NCBI RefSeq assembly: GCF_000195855.1
Contig: NC_002677.1
Location: forward strand, 1,530,001-1,562,000
Direction: 5' to 3'
DNA length: 32,000 nt
Source: Mycobacterium leprae TN
GTDB taxonomy: Bacteria > Actinomycetota > Actinomycetes > Mycobacteriales > Mycobacteriaceae
Numbering within the stretch: position 1 is the stretch's first letter; each line of letters starts with the position of its first letter. The notes beneath the pieces are model-generated. The model was given only the letters and a program-made list of their open reading frames with translations, was not told the origin of the DNA and did no database searches. Positions 1 to 8,225 of this stretch are shown here, one piece after another. The position numbers were made by a program, and so were the translations under genes.

Positions 1-131
1 GGGGCGCCGAAGACGTCGCCGACGAACCGCGAGTAATCGCTCCAGTTCATCCCGAACGGAAATTCTTGGACGATCCCGGTTGCCACACCAATGACGAAGT
101 TGATCAGGAACAGCTTGCCGAAGAATTCGGT
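1..131 (-). pseudogene. cydA: Cytochrome bd oxidase subunit I (CydA) fragment lacking its N-terminus; runs off the left edge
   Basis: The minus-strand translation of 1-125 reads [42 protein letters not shown], a conserved N-proximal CydA motif. There is an in-frame TAA at 132-134. No room is left for the first ~50 codons before the cya remnant begins. Confidence 0.7.
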
Positions 132-259
132 TTAGTCGATACCACGTGGTGCTACCGAACTGTCACCGCGAAATACCGACGACGTTCATCGGCCATCTCC
201 CGAGTCTACGGGGCCTGTTAGCTTGCTACGATGTAGTGTAGTAGGTGGCGTCGTTCGGC

Positions 260-1600
260 GCTACTGGCAATTTCACGTGGACTCGACGGCTCAAACGTGG
301 GCTGTGCGTGATTCCTCGGCAAACAGGTCGCTGGAATCTTCGATGAATTTGCGGCTGATGAGATACCACATGCGCATGGTGCTTTATCCTTTATGATCTT
401 GAGGCGACCGCCCTTTTCCTCCCTGAGGCACTGGTAAACCGTCTCGGGCACTTGAATGTGTTCCTACCGAGTTGGTGGATTCCATTCTGGATGCGATGTT
501 GACCGCGTCGCCCACACGTCGTAGAAGAACCACCGAGACCTCGTCACACCGGTGATGACCTGGCCGTCGGCCAATCCAATCCGCATTGGCATTGCGAGGC
601 TGTGCGGATCCTCCAGTTCGGCTGCAACATCAGCCATATCGATGGCAAAGTCCGCAAGCGCTTGTACATGGTCGGGACGTGGCCGTGGAACTCCGTTGAC
701 CACTGTGGTACATTTTAAAGTCACCGCTGACTTTGATTTTCTCCAGGCAGTGCTTATCCACCAGCGCATCGAAAGCGCTGTATAGCTGGCCCAGCAACCG
801 CACCAGACCGGCCGGTCTGGTTTCCTTCGCGTGCAATGCTTAGTGAAGCTAACGATGTTGGAACACAGGACTGAGGCATCGTCGTATTTAATCGGCGATG
901 ACGGTTTGGTTGGGCTATTTGAGCCGCTTGGTTATGCTGGCCGGCAGCATGTTGGCTAACAAGGCTTCGGAGCAGTCTTATCGGGTTTCCATCACCACCT
1001 CGGCGCGCAGTGTCTCGTAAGGTGAACCACACTGTAGCGACCGCCATAACGCACGACGAGACTGTGGTGAGGACAAACCTATCGACTGGGCCCAGTCCTG
1101 GCTGTAGCTCGGTGTTACGCGGAACCAGGCATTCCAGCGCGATGACAAGCCCGGCACCAGTGTGGGCCGCTAGTGCCAACCGGCACACACACACACACAC
1201 GATGCTTCTCAATGCTCAGTAGTACCAACAGATGGGCGCCTACGAGGAAGAAAAATGTAGAGCCCGAACCCGGTGCCCACGTCCCAACAGCTGGCGAAGA
1301 CCGACATATATCGGCTATGTCGATATATGTCAACGCCGCTACTAGATCTGCGAAACGGTGCAGCAGCAGGACAAATTGTTAAGATTATCGTGTTGCTAAC
1401 GTTGATCGAGCTGATCTGCCAGGACCATGCTTCGGCTAGAAATTGCACAATCACAAAACTCGCGTTAACCACCTCGACCAGCTAGGTGGTGAGGTACAGG
1501 CATGCGTTGTTGCCACGCCATAGTATCGGCGTAGTGCTGATTGCGTCCGCACGGTTGCGACACAGTCTGGGCGTTGCACTGAAACCGTTTGGTCCTTCCC
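260..1600 (-). pseudogene. cya: Membrane-anchored class III adenylate cyclase (Rv1625c/Cya-like) pseudogene
   Basis: Minus-strand ORF pieces in different frames (218-451, 464-769, 630-836, 754-1212, 1115-1333, 1209-1472) together rebuild one protein. The TM region reads ...CWDVGTGFG / STFFFLVGAHLLVLLSIEKH / GLVIALECLVP...VATVWFTLRDTARR, followed by LANMLPA near 941-961. The cyclase core reads LYSAFDALVDKHCLEKIKVSGD then VVNGVPRPRPDHVQALADFAIDM...RIGLADGQVITGV..SRWFFYDVW. The C-terminus reads VPETVYQCLREE...IIKDK. Several frameshifts and stops interrupt it. Confidence 0.8.
1184..1200. repeat. (AC)8 / (CA)8 dinucleotide microsatellite inside the cya pseudogene
   Basis: The sequence cacacacacacacacac is read directly at 1184-1200. 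It is translated as VCVCV in the decayed cya frame. Confidence 0.95.
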
Positions 1601-1700
1601 GATGGGGCACCATCGGTTATCAACGGCTACGCCTAAAGCCTAGCCGCTGAGCTTAATGTTTACCCAGCGTAAGCGGTGAATTGCCGGCGGCTTCCGATAG

Positions 1701-1774
1701 TGCCCTCGGTGGGATTCGAACCCACACTGGACGGGTTTTGAGTCCGTTTCCTCTGCCAGTTGGGATACGAGGGC
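1701..1774 (-). tRNA. tRNA with anticodon CAA (Leu by anticodon) but a short, class-I-type variable loop
   Basis: The reverse complement is GCCCTCG-TA-TCCC-AACTGGCAG-AGGA-A-ACGGA-CTCAAAA-CCCGT-CCAGT-GTGGG-TTCGAAT-CCCAC-CGAGGGC-A. It folds as a 73-nt cloverleaf plus discriminator A, with U8, A14, G18G19, U33, A37 and a canonical T-loop. Two stem positions are non-Watson-Crick (C13.A22 and A31.C39). No CCA is encoded. Confidence 0.7.
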
Positions 1775-1866
1775 TTTACCCGGCTTAACTACCTTAGAGG
1801 AGCCTTCAACGGGTTCACCCTGCCCCCGAGATCGTTAGCCGCTGGCGGCCACGTCAGAATGACGTC

Positions 1867-2484
1867 ATGACCGGACCCACGACCGACGCCGACGCCGCCA
1901 CGCCGCACCGGGTTCTGATTGCTGAAGACGAAGCACTCATACGACTCGACCTGGCCGAGATGCTGCGAGATGAGGGGTACGACATCGTTGGAGAAGCCGC
2001 TGATGGCCAGGAAGCGGTCGAACTGGCAGAACGCCATAAACCCGACCTGGTGATCATGGATGTGAAGATGCCGCGCCGTGATGGGATCGACGCAGCATCG
2101 GAGATAGCCAGCAAACGCATCGCGCCGATCGTGGTGCTGACTGCGTTCAGTCAGCGCGACTTGGTTGAACGCGCACGCGATGCGGGGGCTATGGCCTACT
2201 TGGTTAAGCCTTTCACCATCAGCGATTTGATTCCGGCCATAGCATTGGCGATGAGCCGGTTTAGTGAGCTCACCGCGCTGGAACGCGAAGTCGCGACGCT
2301 GGCTGACCGGCTGGAGACCCGTAAGCTTGTTGAGCGAGCCAAAGGCCTACTGCAGGTCAAACAGGGCATGACTGAGCCCGAGGCGTTCAAATGGATTCAA
2401 CGTGCCGCCATGGATCGGCGGACCACGATGAAACGGGTGGCTGAAGTTGTCCTGGAAACCCTTGACACTCCCAAAGACACCTAG
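1867..2484 (+). CDS. pdtaR: ANTAR-domain response regulator (receiver + ANTAR), PdtaR/Rv1626-like
   Basis: This is an intact 205-aa ORF. The receiver domain reads VLIAEDEALIRLDLAEML...DLVIMDVKMPRRDG...LTAF...AYLVKPF. The C-terminal ANTAR helix region reads LETRKLVERAKGLLQVKQGMTEPEAFKWIQRAAMDRRTTMKRVAEVVL. Confidence 0.93.
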   Translation: MTGPTTDADAATPHRVLIAEDEALIRLDLAEMLRDEGYDIVGEAADGQEAVELAERHKPDLVIMDVKMPRRDGIDAASEIASKRIAPIVVLTAFSQRDLVERARDAGAMAYLVKPFTISDLIPAIALAMSRFSELTALEREVATLADRLETRKLVERAKGLLQVKQGMTEPEAFKWIQRAAMDRRTTMKRVAEVVLETLDTPKDT

Positions 2485-2499
2485 GGCCGGGCCGGCAGC

Positions 2500-3745
2500 A
2501 CGCTTGCGCAGCAAATTGCGAGAGAAAGCCCTTGAGCATGCCACGATTACCGACGAGTCATATACCGAACAAGCTCTGATTGGCGGTGATGTTGATCTTG
2601 GTCTGCTTGACTTGACGGCTGGTGGCTTTTCCACGGAGTTGCTTAGGTTAGCTCGCAGACCTGGGCGATCGCCTGGGCGGGAATGGTCTCGCCGAAGCAC
2701 GCCACCCCCTTCCGACAGGCTGACCGGGATCTTCCCGTCTAGAGTGGTCGCGTCGCTGTGCAACAGCGTATCGGCTTCATCCTTGGCGCACAGACTCCAG
2801 GTGTTCATACCAGTAGAATTCCAATGCGGTGACAAAGTCGTAAGTCTTGGCTAGACTCAGGTGGTTGGGCCCGAGGCCAGCCTAGATATAGGCGGCTTCG
2901 AGAATCTGATCCTTGAACGCTCGGTCTGATGTTGGCGCAACAGCGGTGGAATCCGGTTGTGATGTACGGTAATTCGGGCGGGTGTTGCGGCTAGCGTGGG
3001 GTGACGGTGATAGCGCGCACTGATGTTATCGTTCGTACAGCGAGCTGAGGTATTGGCGGGCTAACTTTGTGCTGGCACTGATCGATCAGTGCCGCTGCGT
3101 CGCCAGAGGTAGCGTAGATATCCAGCAGTTGCAACGTATCGGCCGCCACTGAGCTGGCCAGTACATCGTAGACCAATGTCTCTTTGCAGAATTGGACATT
3201 GGGATTCTGTGGGCAATAACCGGGAATTCTTGACCTTCACCTGCGCGCAATCTTCGAGCGTGGCCCCGTACAGATCCATGCCATCCGCCGCCGCATGAGC
3301 AGCGCGAAATGCACCATTGGTAGCCCCAATGAGATGGAATCGCTGTCAGTTCGGATCGTTGCGGCGCTTGCCTCCTATTGGTGCAAAAAGCCCTTCGGCT
3401 TGGTATCGGCGCTGATGGCCAGTAGCGCCGTTGCAGAAAACAGTCAGGATCTGAGCCAACGCACTTTGCAGTGTCTGCGAACCGCTGGCCGTACGTGGCA
3501 TAGCTCGAACTGGCCGGTACGTCGTTCCAGCCGAGTTTCTGCGCGAACGTGGCGACAGCAACGGAACCCAGATACTCGCTATGGATCGTGTCTGCACCAG
3601 TTACCAGCTGAATCGGCCGCCAGTCTAAATCAATTTCGGCGAGTGTGTCGCAGGCTGCGATTCCCTCGTATTCGGTGAATTCGCTGCTAGACTTTCCCCA
3701 CGGGAGCATGCCGCCGGTGCGGAGGATCTACACTGGTGCCGGCGT
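2500..3745 (-). pseudogene. Thiolase-like / nonspecific lipid-transfer protein pseudogene (positional equivalent of Rv1627c)
   Basis: The minus ORF 3086-3709 starts ..TGGMLPWGKSSSEFTEYEGIAACDTLAEIDLDWRPIQ, resembling the GVGMTxFGK N-terminus of thiolase-like proteins, and an in-frame TAG lies just upstream. Other minus frames near 2560-2700 read GETIPAQAIAQVCELT and KQLRGKATSRQVKQTKINITANQSLFG, resembling the thiolase C-terminal QLRG..RQV region. Multiple stops and frame changes lie between these pieces. The family call rests on motif resemblance only. Confidence 0.45.
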
Positions 3746-3773
3746 GCTTATGTTCATGCGATTCTCCATCTGT

Positions 3774-3800
3774 GGACGATGCGTTAGATACGCATCGTCC
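3774..3800. repeat. Perfect inverted repeat (11-bp stem, 5-nt loop)
   Basis: GGACGATGCGT-tagat-ACGCATCGTCC is read directly. No U-tract follows on either strand. Confidence 0.9.
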
Positions 3801-5264
3801 AGCGTACAGCGGCATGGTAGTCAGCTCTATCTCGACACAAACCTTCAGTTCGGCGGTCAGTCTGCCGTCCTCGACCGGCCTTGTTCATACACGATTAGCC
3901 TCTTGCGGGTCAGCTCGACCGCGTCGACAACTCAAAGGATTCACAAGTGTGTCGCTGGGGTAGAGTGGAATTGAGACAGTTATTCTCGCTGGGGTGAAAA
4001 GACACAGGTGCTGCCTTTTTGGGGGCACTTGTTGTCGAGCAAATAGGGGTTTATAGGCATCGTCGGTGGCCAACCAATCCTCGATCGCCTGTGCTCGGTG
4101 GGTGACCTCTGGTATCGGGCTAGTGTACCGAGCTAAACTACAACACTGGAACGTATTGCAATTTTGCGGTGGAGCCGTGCGCACCTGTTCGTCGGTGATG
4201 TGCAATTTTGGGTGGTGGTGTTGTGGTGGGCTGGTGGGGTGTGGGTGGTTGATCTGCGCTAGAAGGTTGCCGTATGTGCCGCCGACGGCCGGATCATCGA
4301 TGCACTGTTCACTAACACGATACTGCTGCACCCGGCGGCATGCCTGCTTGCTGGCTGAGGGCCGGTCAACAAGCCGCCGACACCGATACCAGCGGCAGAA
4401 ATGGTGCAAGGGATAACATCAGGTGCGAATAGTTATACCGTGCACGGGGACGTGCCTGTTCAGGTGCGGCCACATTGACCACGCCGACACCTCAAGGCCA
4501 TGACATGCACACTAAAACGCCCCTACCCCGCGGCGCTAACAACTATCCTCACACTCACGCCTGCATCGATATCGCCTTCAGCACAGCCCAGGTGCCCAGC
4601 CCCTGGCATCATCAACATGTAGACCAAGCAGCATCCACCACCGACATGCTTACGTGCGCCGCGCTAATCGTGTCCACTGCGGCAAAGCACACGAAGCCTC
4701 ATCGAAAGCAGGCAGTCAGCCACCCACCAACAAAAACCCCGCAACACAGCAACAAACGATTTAGTCAACACTGTCGAACATGCGAGCGCGTAGTGCGCGC
4801 TTCACCGCGGTACGCTGAGCTTGCGCACCAAGAACAGGTCGAGCGCGGCATCCAGCGTCGAGGGCGATTTCCCAGCTCATCGGAACACCGCCGTGAGCCA
4901 ACCTCAGGACGAGCAAACACCTGCTAGCTGCAGTAGGGACATCAGCTGTTCAGGGAGCACATGATTAGTTCACGCCGTTCTCGGAAGGTGCACGTCGGTG
5001 TCCAGCGGAGGAAGCCACTCGGTGGTTCAGGGTCGCAACCCAGGCTACGGACCCCTTATCAAGCCGATGTGCGCTCGCAAGGTCGGGTACCGATTAGGCA
5101 AACGCTACGCCCTTATCGCTAACTGCTGTTCGTGGCTGTTGGCAACATCCGACTGTGCCATATCGATGGAATTGTTGTCCGGAGCGGCTTGAAAACCCCG
5201 GATACCTTTATTTAGAAATGGAATTCACGATGGTACTTGATTAATGAAAAACCTTGGAGTTAAT

Positions 5265-5654
5265 ATGTTGGATGTACTAGCCTGGCTGATGTAGCGAGTA
5301 GATAGCGGTCGGGTAAAGCAGGCAAGCCAATTGATTCTGGCGAGTCTAGCCTCCGGTCTCAAGAACGGATACGCGTTGGTTCCCGATATCGGGGATTCCA
5401 AGGTGGTGCTGGGGCTGGGAACGTGATACGGGCGATCACATGCTTAGAGGAATGCTTCCTTATTGAGCAGCTGGTACGGAACGAGCAGCATCGACCCTAC
5501 CGATGAACAGTGGCTGGGCAGGTCCAACTTTGCCGCAACTGTCAGGGAGTTAGGAGATCGCCAAAGGGGGTGCGCTGCGGTTGAGAATACCGTTAGCTCT
5601 CCATTTTCGCTGCTTGCTGTGAACACAGGTGATGCGCGGCGGGTGCTGTGGTAA
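5265..5654 (+). pseudogene. PadR-family transcriptional regulator pseudogene
   Basis: GGAG lies 5 nt before the ATG at 5265. The translation reads MLDVLAWLM*...QLILASLASGLKNGYALVPDIGDSKVVLGLGT* and then, after a +1 shift, VIRAITCLEECFLIEQLVRNEQHRPYR. This matches the PadR winged-helix pattern (..L..GP.HGY.L......pGTLY.aL.rLEe.GlI.....r.YrLT). There are in-frame stops at 5292 and 5424 plus a frameshift. Confidence 0.55.
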
Positions 5655-5950
5655 GTTATTCCGAAATTGGTGGCATCACTACGGCGACGAACTGGTGGCG
5701 TTGCTGCAAGATATATTTGGTATTGAACGGTTTTCGGTTAGCTGCCATATAGAGGTTCCGGGGAGTCATGATCGAGAATATTCGCGATATGAGATGGCGC
5801 GCTTCTAGCAACATGTCCTTACAGCATCGCTTGTGCGATTGTCTGGGCCGTCATCTTGGTTGTGGTAGTTGGCGACTGGACGACGTCAACCACCAGAAGC
5901 TCGCTACCGAAACGGCGTTCCGGACGGTAATCTGACTAAATCACACAGTG

Positions 5951-6036
5951 TGTCCGAGGGGGGATTTGAACCCCCACGCCCATTAGTAGGGCACTAGCAC
6001 CTCAAGCTAGCGCGTCTGCCATTCCGCCACTCGGAC
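5951..6036 (-). tRNA. tRNA-Leu (anticodon GAG), class II
   Basis: The reverse complement is GTCCGAG-TG-GCG-GAATGGCAGA-CGC-G-CTAGC-TTGAGGT-GCTAG-TGCCCTACTAATGGGCGT-GGGGG-TTCAAAT-CCCCC-CTCGGAC-A. It is 86 nt with a long variable arm (GCCC/GGGC stem) and perfect stems. No CCA is encoded. Confidence 0.9.
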
Positions 6037-6205
6037 AAGACCCCAACCAAAGTTGGGCAGCTAAGGCTATCGGATTGGTCCGCGCCGGACCAACCTAGCT
6101 CGGCGCACCGAACCTGTCGAGCGAACCGACAAGCGGCTGCCGCAAGTCGTGCAGAAGACGAAGGTGTTGCGCTCGCTCGTCGTGGCGGTGGTAGGAAAGG
6201 TGACT

Positions 6206-7552
6206 GTGACAGTTGAGACCGACGTCCTAGTCAATCCGAGCGATGATGTGGTAGAGGTTGTCAGCAGGTTGATTCGTTTTGACACCACCAACACCGGTGA
6301 CCCCGAGACCACACGGGGTGAGGCTGAGTGCGCGCAATGGGTAGCCTCCCAGCTAGCTGAGGTTGGCTACCAGCCTGAATATTTGGAATCCGGGGCACCC
6401 GGTCGAGGCAATGTGTTTGCCCGTCTTGCGGGTGAGGATAGTTCGCGCGGCGCCCTGCTTATCCATGGGCATCTCGACGTGGTGCCCGCGGAAACCGCCG
6501 AATGGAGCGTGCACCCATTTTCCGGTGCGGTCGAAGGAGGTCAGGTCTGGGGTCGCGGCGCGATCGACATGAAAGACATGGTGGGCATGATGATTGTGGT
6601 AGCCCGGCAGCTAAAGCAGGCCGGCATCGCGCCACCGCGAGACCTCGTATTCGCATTCGTTGCCGACGAAGAGCATGGTGGCAGTTACGGATCCCAATGG
6701 CTGGTCGATAACAGGCCCGATTTGTTCGACGGCGTCACCGAAGCTATCGGCGAAGTCGGCGGCTTTTCGTTAACTGTGCCGTGCCGCAACGGTGGTGAGC
6801 GTCGGCTCTACCTGATTGAGACGGCCGAGAAGGGCATGCAGTGGATGCGGCTGACCGCACGGGGCAGAGCGGGGCACGGCTCGATGGTGCACAATCAGAA
6901 CGCGGTCACCGCGGTTGCCGAGGCGGTTGCGCGGCTGGGGCGCCATCAGTTTCCGCTCGTGACGACCGATACCGTGGTCCAATTTCTGGCCGCGATCAGC
7001 GAGGAAACTGGCCTCGAATTCGACATTGGGTCGCCCGACTTGGAAGGAGCGATCGAAAAGCTTGGCCCGATGGCTCGCATGTTGAAAGCCGTGCTGTATG
7101 ACACCGCGAACCCGACGGTACTCAAGGCAGGATATAAGGTCAACGTGGTGCCGGCGACTGCGGAAGCTATGGTTGACTGTCGTATACTGCCCGGGCGGCA
7201 GGCGGCATTCGAGGCCGCGATCGATGAATTGATCGGTCCTGATGTGACTCGGGAGTGGATCAAGGACTTGCCCCCGTACGAGACTGCCTTCGACGGGGAT
7301 TTGGTCGATGCAATGAACGCTGCTGTGCTGGCGGTCGACCCCGATGGTCGAACGGTGCCTTATATGGCTTCCGGCGGCACCGATGCGAAAGCTTTCGCGC
7401 GCTTGGGTATTCGCTGCTTCGGCTTTACTCCGCTGCGGTTGCCACCGGAATTGGATTTCACCGCGCTGTTTCACGGTGTCGACGAGCGGGTCTCCATCGA
7501 TGCGCTCAAGTTTGGCATCGATGTGCTGGCGCACTTCCTGACACATTGCTAA
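6206..7552 (+). CDS. M20-family metallopeptidase (ArgE/DapE/CPG2 family, Rv2141c-like)
   Basis: The ORF is intact and carries [28 protein letters not shown] and GGTDAK motifs. The longest ORF starts at GTG 6149. I prefer GTG 6206, which is preceded by AGGAAAGG at a 5-nt spacing and gives 448 aa. Confidence 0.9.
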   Translation: MTVETDVLVNPSDDVVEVVSRLIRFDTTNTGDPETTRGEAECAQWVASQLAEVGYQPEYLESGAPGRGNVFARLAGEDSSRGALLIHGHLDVVPAETAEWSVHPFSGAVEGGQVWGRGAIDMKDMVGMMIVVARQLKQAGIAPPRDLVFAFVADEEHGGSYGSQWLVDNRPDLFDGVTEAIGEVGGFSLTVPCRNGGERRLYLIETAEKGMQWMRLTARGRAGHGSMVHNQNAVTAVAEAVARLGRHQFPLVTTDTVVQFLAAISEETGLEFDIGSPDLEGAIEKLGPMARMLKAVLYDTANPTVLKAGYKVNVVPATAEAMVDCRILPGRQAAFEAAIDELIGPDVTREWIKDLPPYETAFDGDLVDAMNAAVLAVDPDGRTVPYMASGGTDAKAFARLGIRCFGFTPLRLPPELDFTALFHGVDERVSIDALKFGIDVLAHFLTHC

Positions 7553-7583
7553 TCGCAAAGTATCAATCACGAGAGGATCGCCC

Positions 7584-8114
7584 ATGAGTTTGCCGCCTGA
7601 CCCGTATGCTGCATTGCCCAAGCTGCCGTCGTTTCACCTGACGTCGGATTCGATTACCGACGGCCAACCGTTGGCTACACCGCAGATCAGCGGTATCATG
7701 GGTGCGGGGGGAGCAGATGTCAGCCCTCAACTGAGCTGGTCGGGATTTCCGACCGAGACCTGTAGCTTTGCGGTCACCGTCTACGATCCCGACGCACCGA
7801 CCCTATCTGGATTTTGGCACTGGGCAGTGGCCAATTTGCCTGCAGACGTCACCGAGTTGCCAGCAGGTGTGGGCAATGACGGTGAACTTCCGGCCGGAGC
7901 GTTGACGTTGATCAATGATGCGGGCATGCGCCGTTACATCGGCGCCGCTCCGCCGCCTGGCCACGGTGTGCACCGATATTACGTGGCGGTGCATGCCGTG
8001 CGGGTCCAAAAGCTCAATCTCAGCGAGGACGCAAGTCCGGCTTTTCTGGGATTCAATCTTTTCCAGCATGCAATAGCTCGCGCCGTCATCCACGGCACCT
8101 ACGAACAGCACTAG
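7584..8114 (+). CDS. PEBP / YbhB-YbcL family protein (Rv2140c/TB18.6-like)
   Basis: This is an intact 176-aa ORF. GAGAGGA lies upstream of the ATG. PEBP motifs are present: [21 protein letters not shown] and [17 protein letters not shown]. Confidence 0.9.
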   Translation: MSLPPDPYAALPKLPSFHLTSDSITDGQPLATPQISGIMGAGGADVSPQLSWSGFPTETCSFAVTVYDPDAPTLSGFWHWAVANLPADVTELPAGVGNDGELPAGALTLINDAGMRRYIGAAPPPGHGVHRYYVAVHAVRVQKLNLSEDASPAFLGFNLFQHAIARAVIHGTYEQH

Positions 8115-8225
8115 CCGGGTCACAGCTGCGGCCGGTCGCGTTTTAAGGATAAATGTTGGACGGTTGTGACATAATCGTATATACGTTCGAACAATCCTAA
8201 GTGTGGCTTTAGATCGCCGTAGGAT

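Noticed and set aside
1701-1774. Idea that the CAA tRNA is a mutated tRNA-Trp, based on the similar D-loop AACTGGCAGAG and the loop CTCAAAA versus CTCCAAA.
   Set aside because: It would need at least two substitutions plus a discriminator change (A here, G in the Trp tRNAs I recall). It cannot be supported without alignment to the genome's other tRNAs.
3885-4927. 174-aa (minus, 3885-4409) and 150-aa (plus, 4475-4927) ORFs in the gene desert, with a faint DUF35/Rv1628c-like resemblance around 3750-4200.
   Set aside because: Composition is low-complexity (His/Pro/Thr/Cys-rich) and there is no convincing motif. The DUF35 resemblance is too weak to call without a database search.
6075-6093. GC-rich hairpin TTGGTCCG-cgc-CGGACCAA between tRNA-Leu(GAG) and the peptidase gene.
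   Set aside because: It is short, has no U-tract, and no upstream gene is oriented so as to need a terminator. It is probably incidental.
6770-7621. 283-aa ORF on the minus strand, antisense to the M20 peptidase gene.
   Set aside because: It is fully overlapped by a strongly supported CDS on the other strand and has no recognisable motif. Its Arg/Gly/His-rich composition is typical of antisense frames in GC-rich genes.
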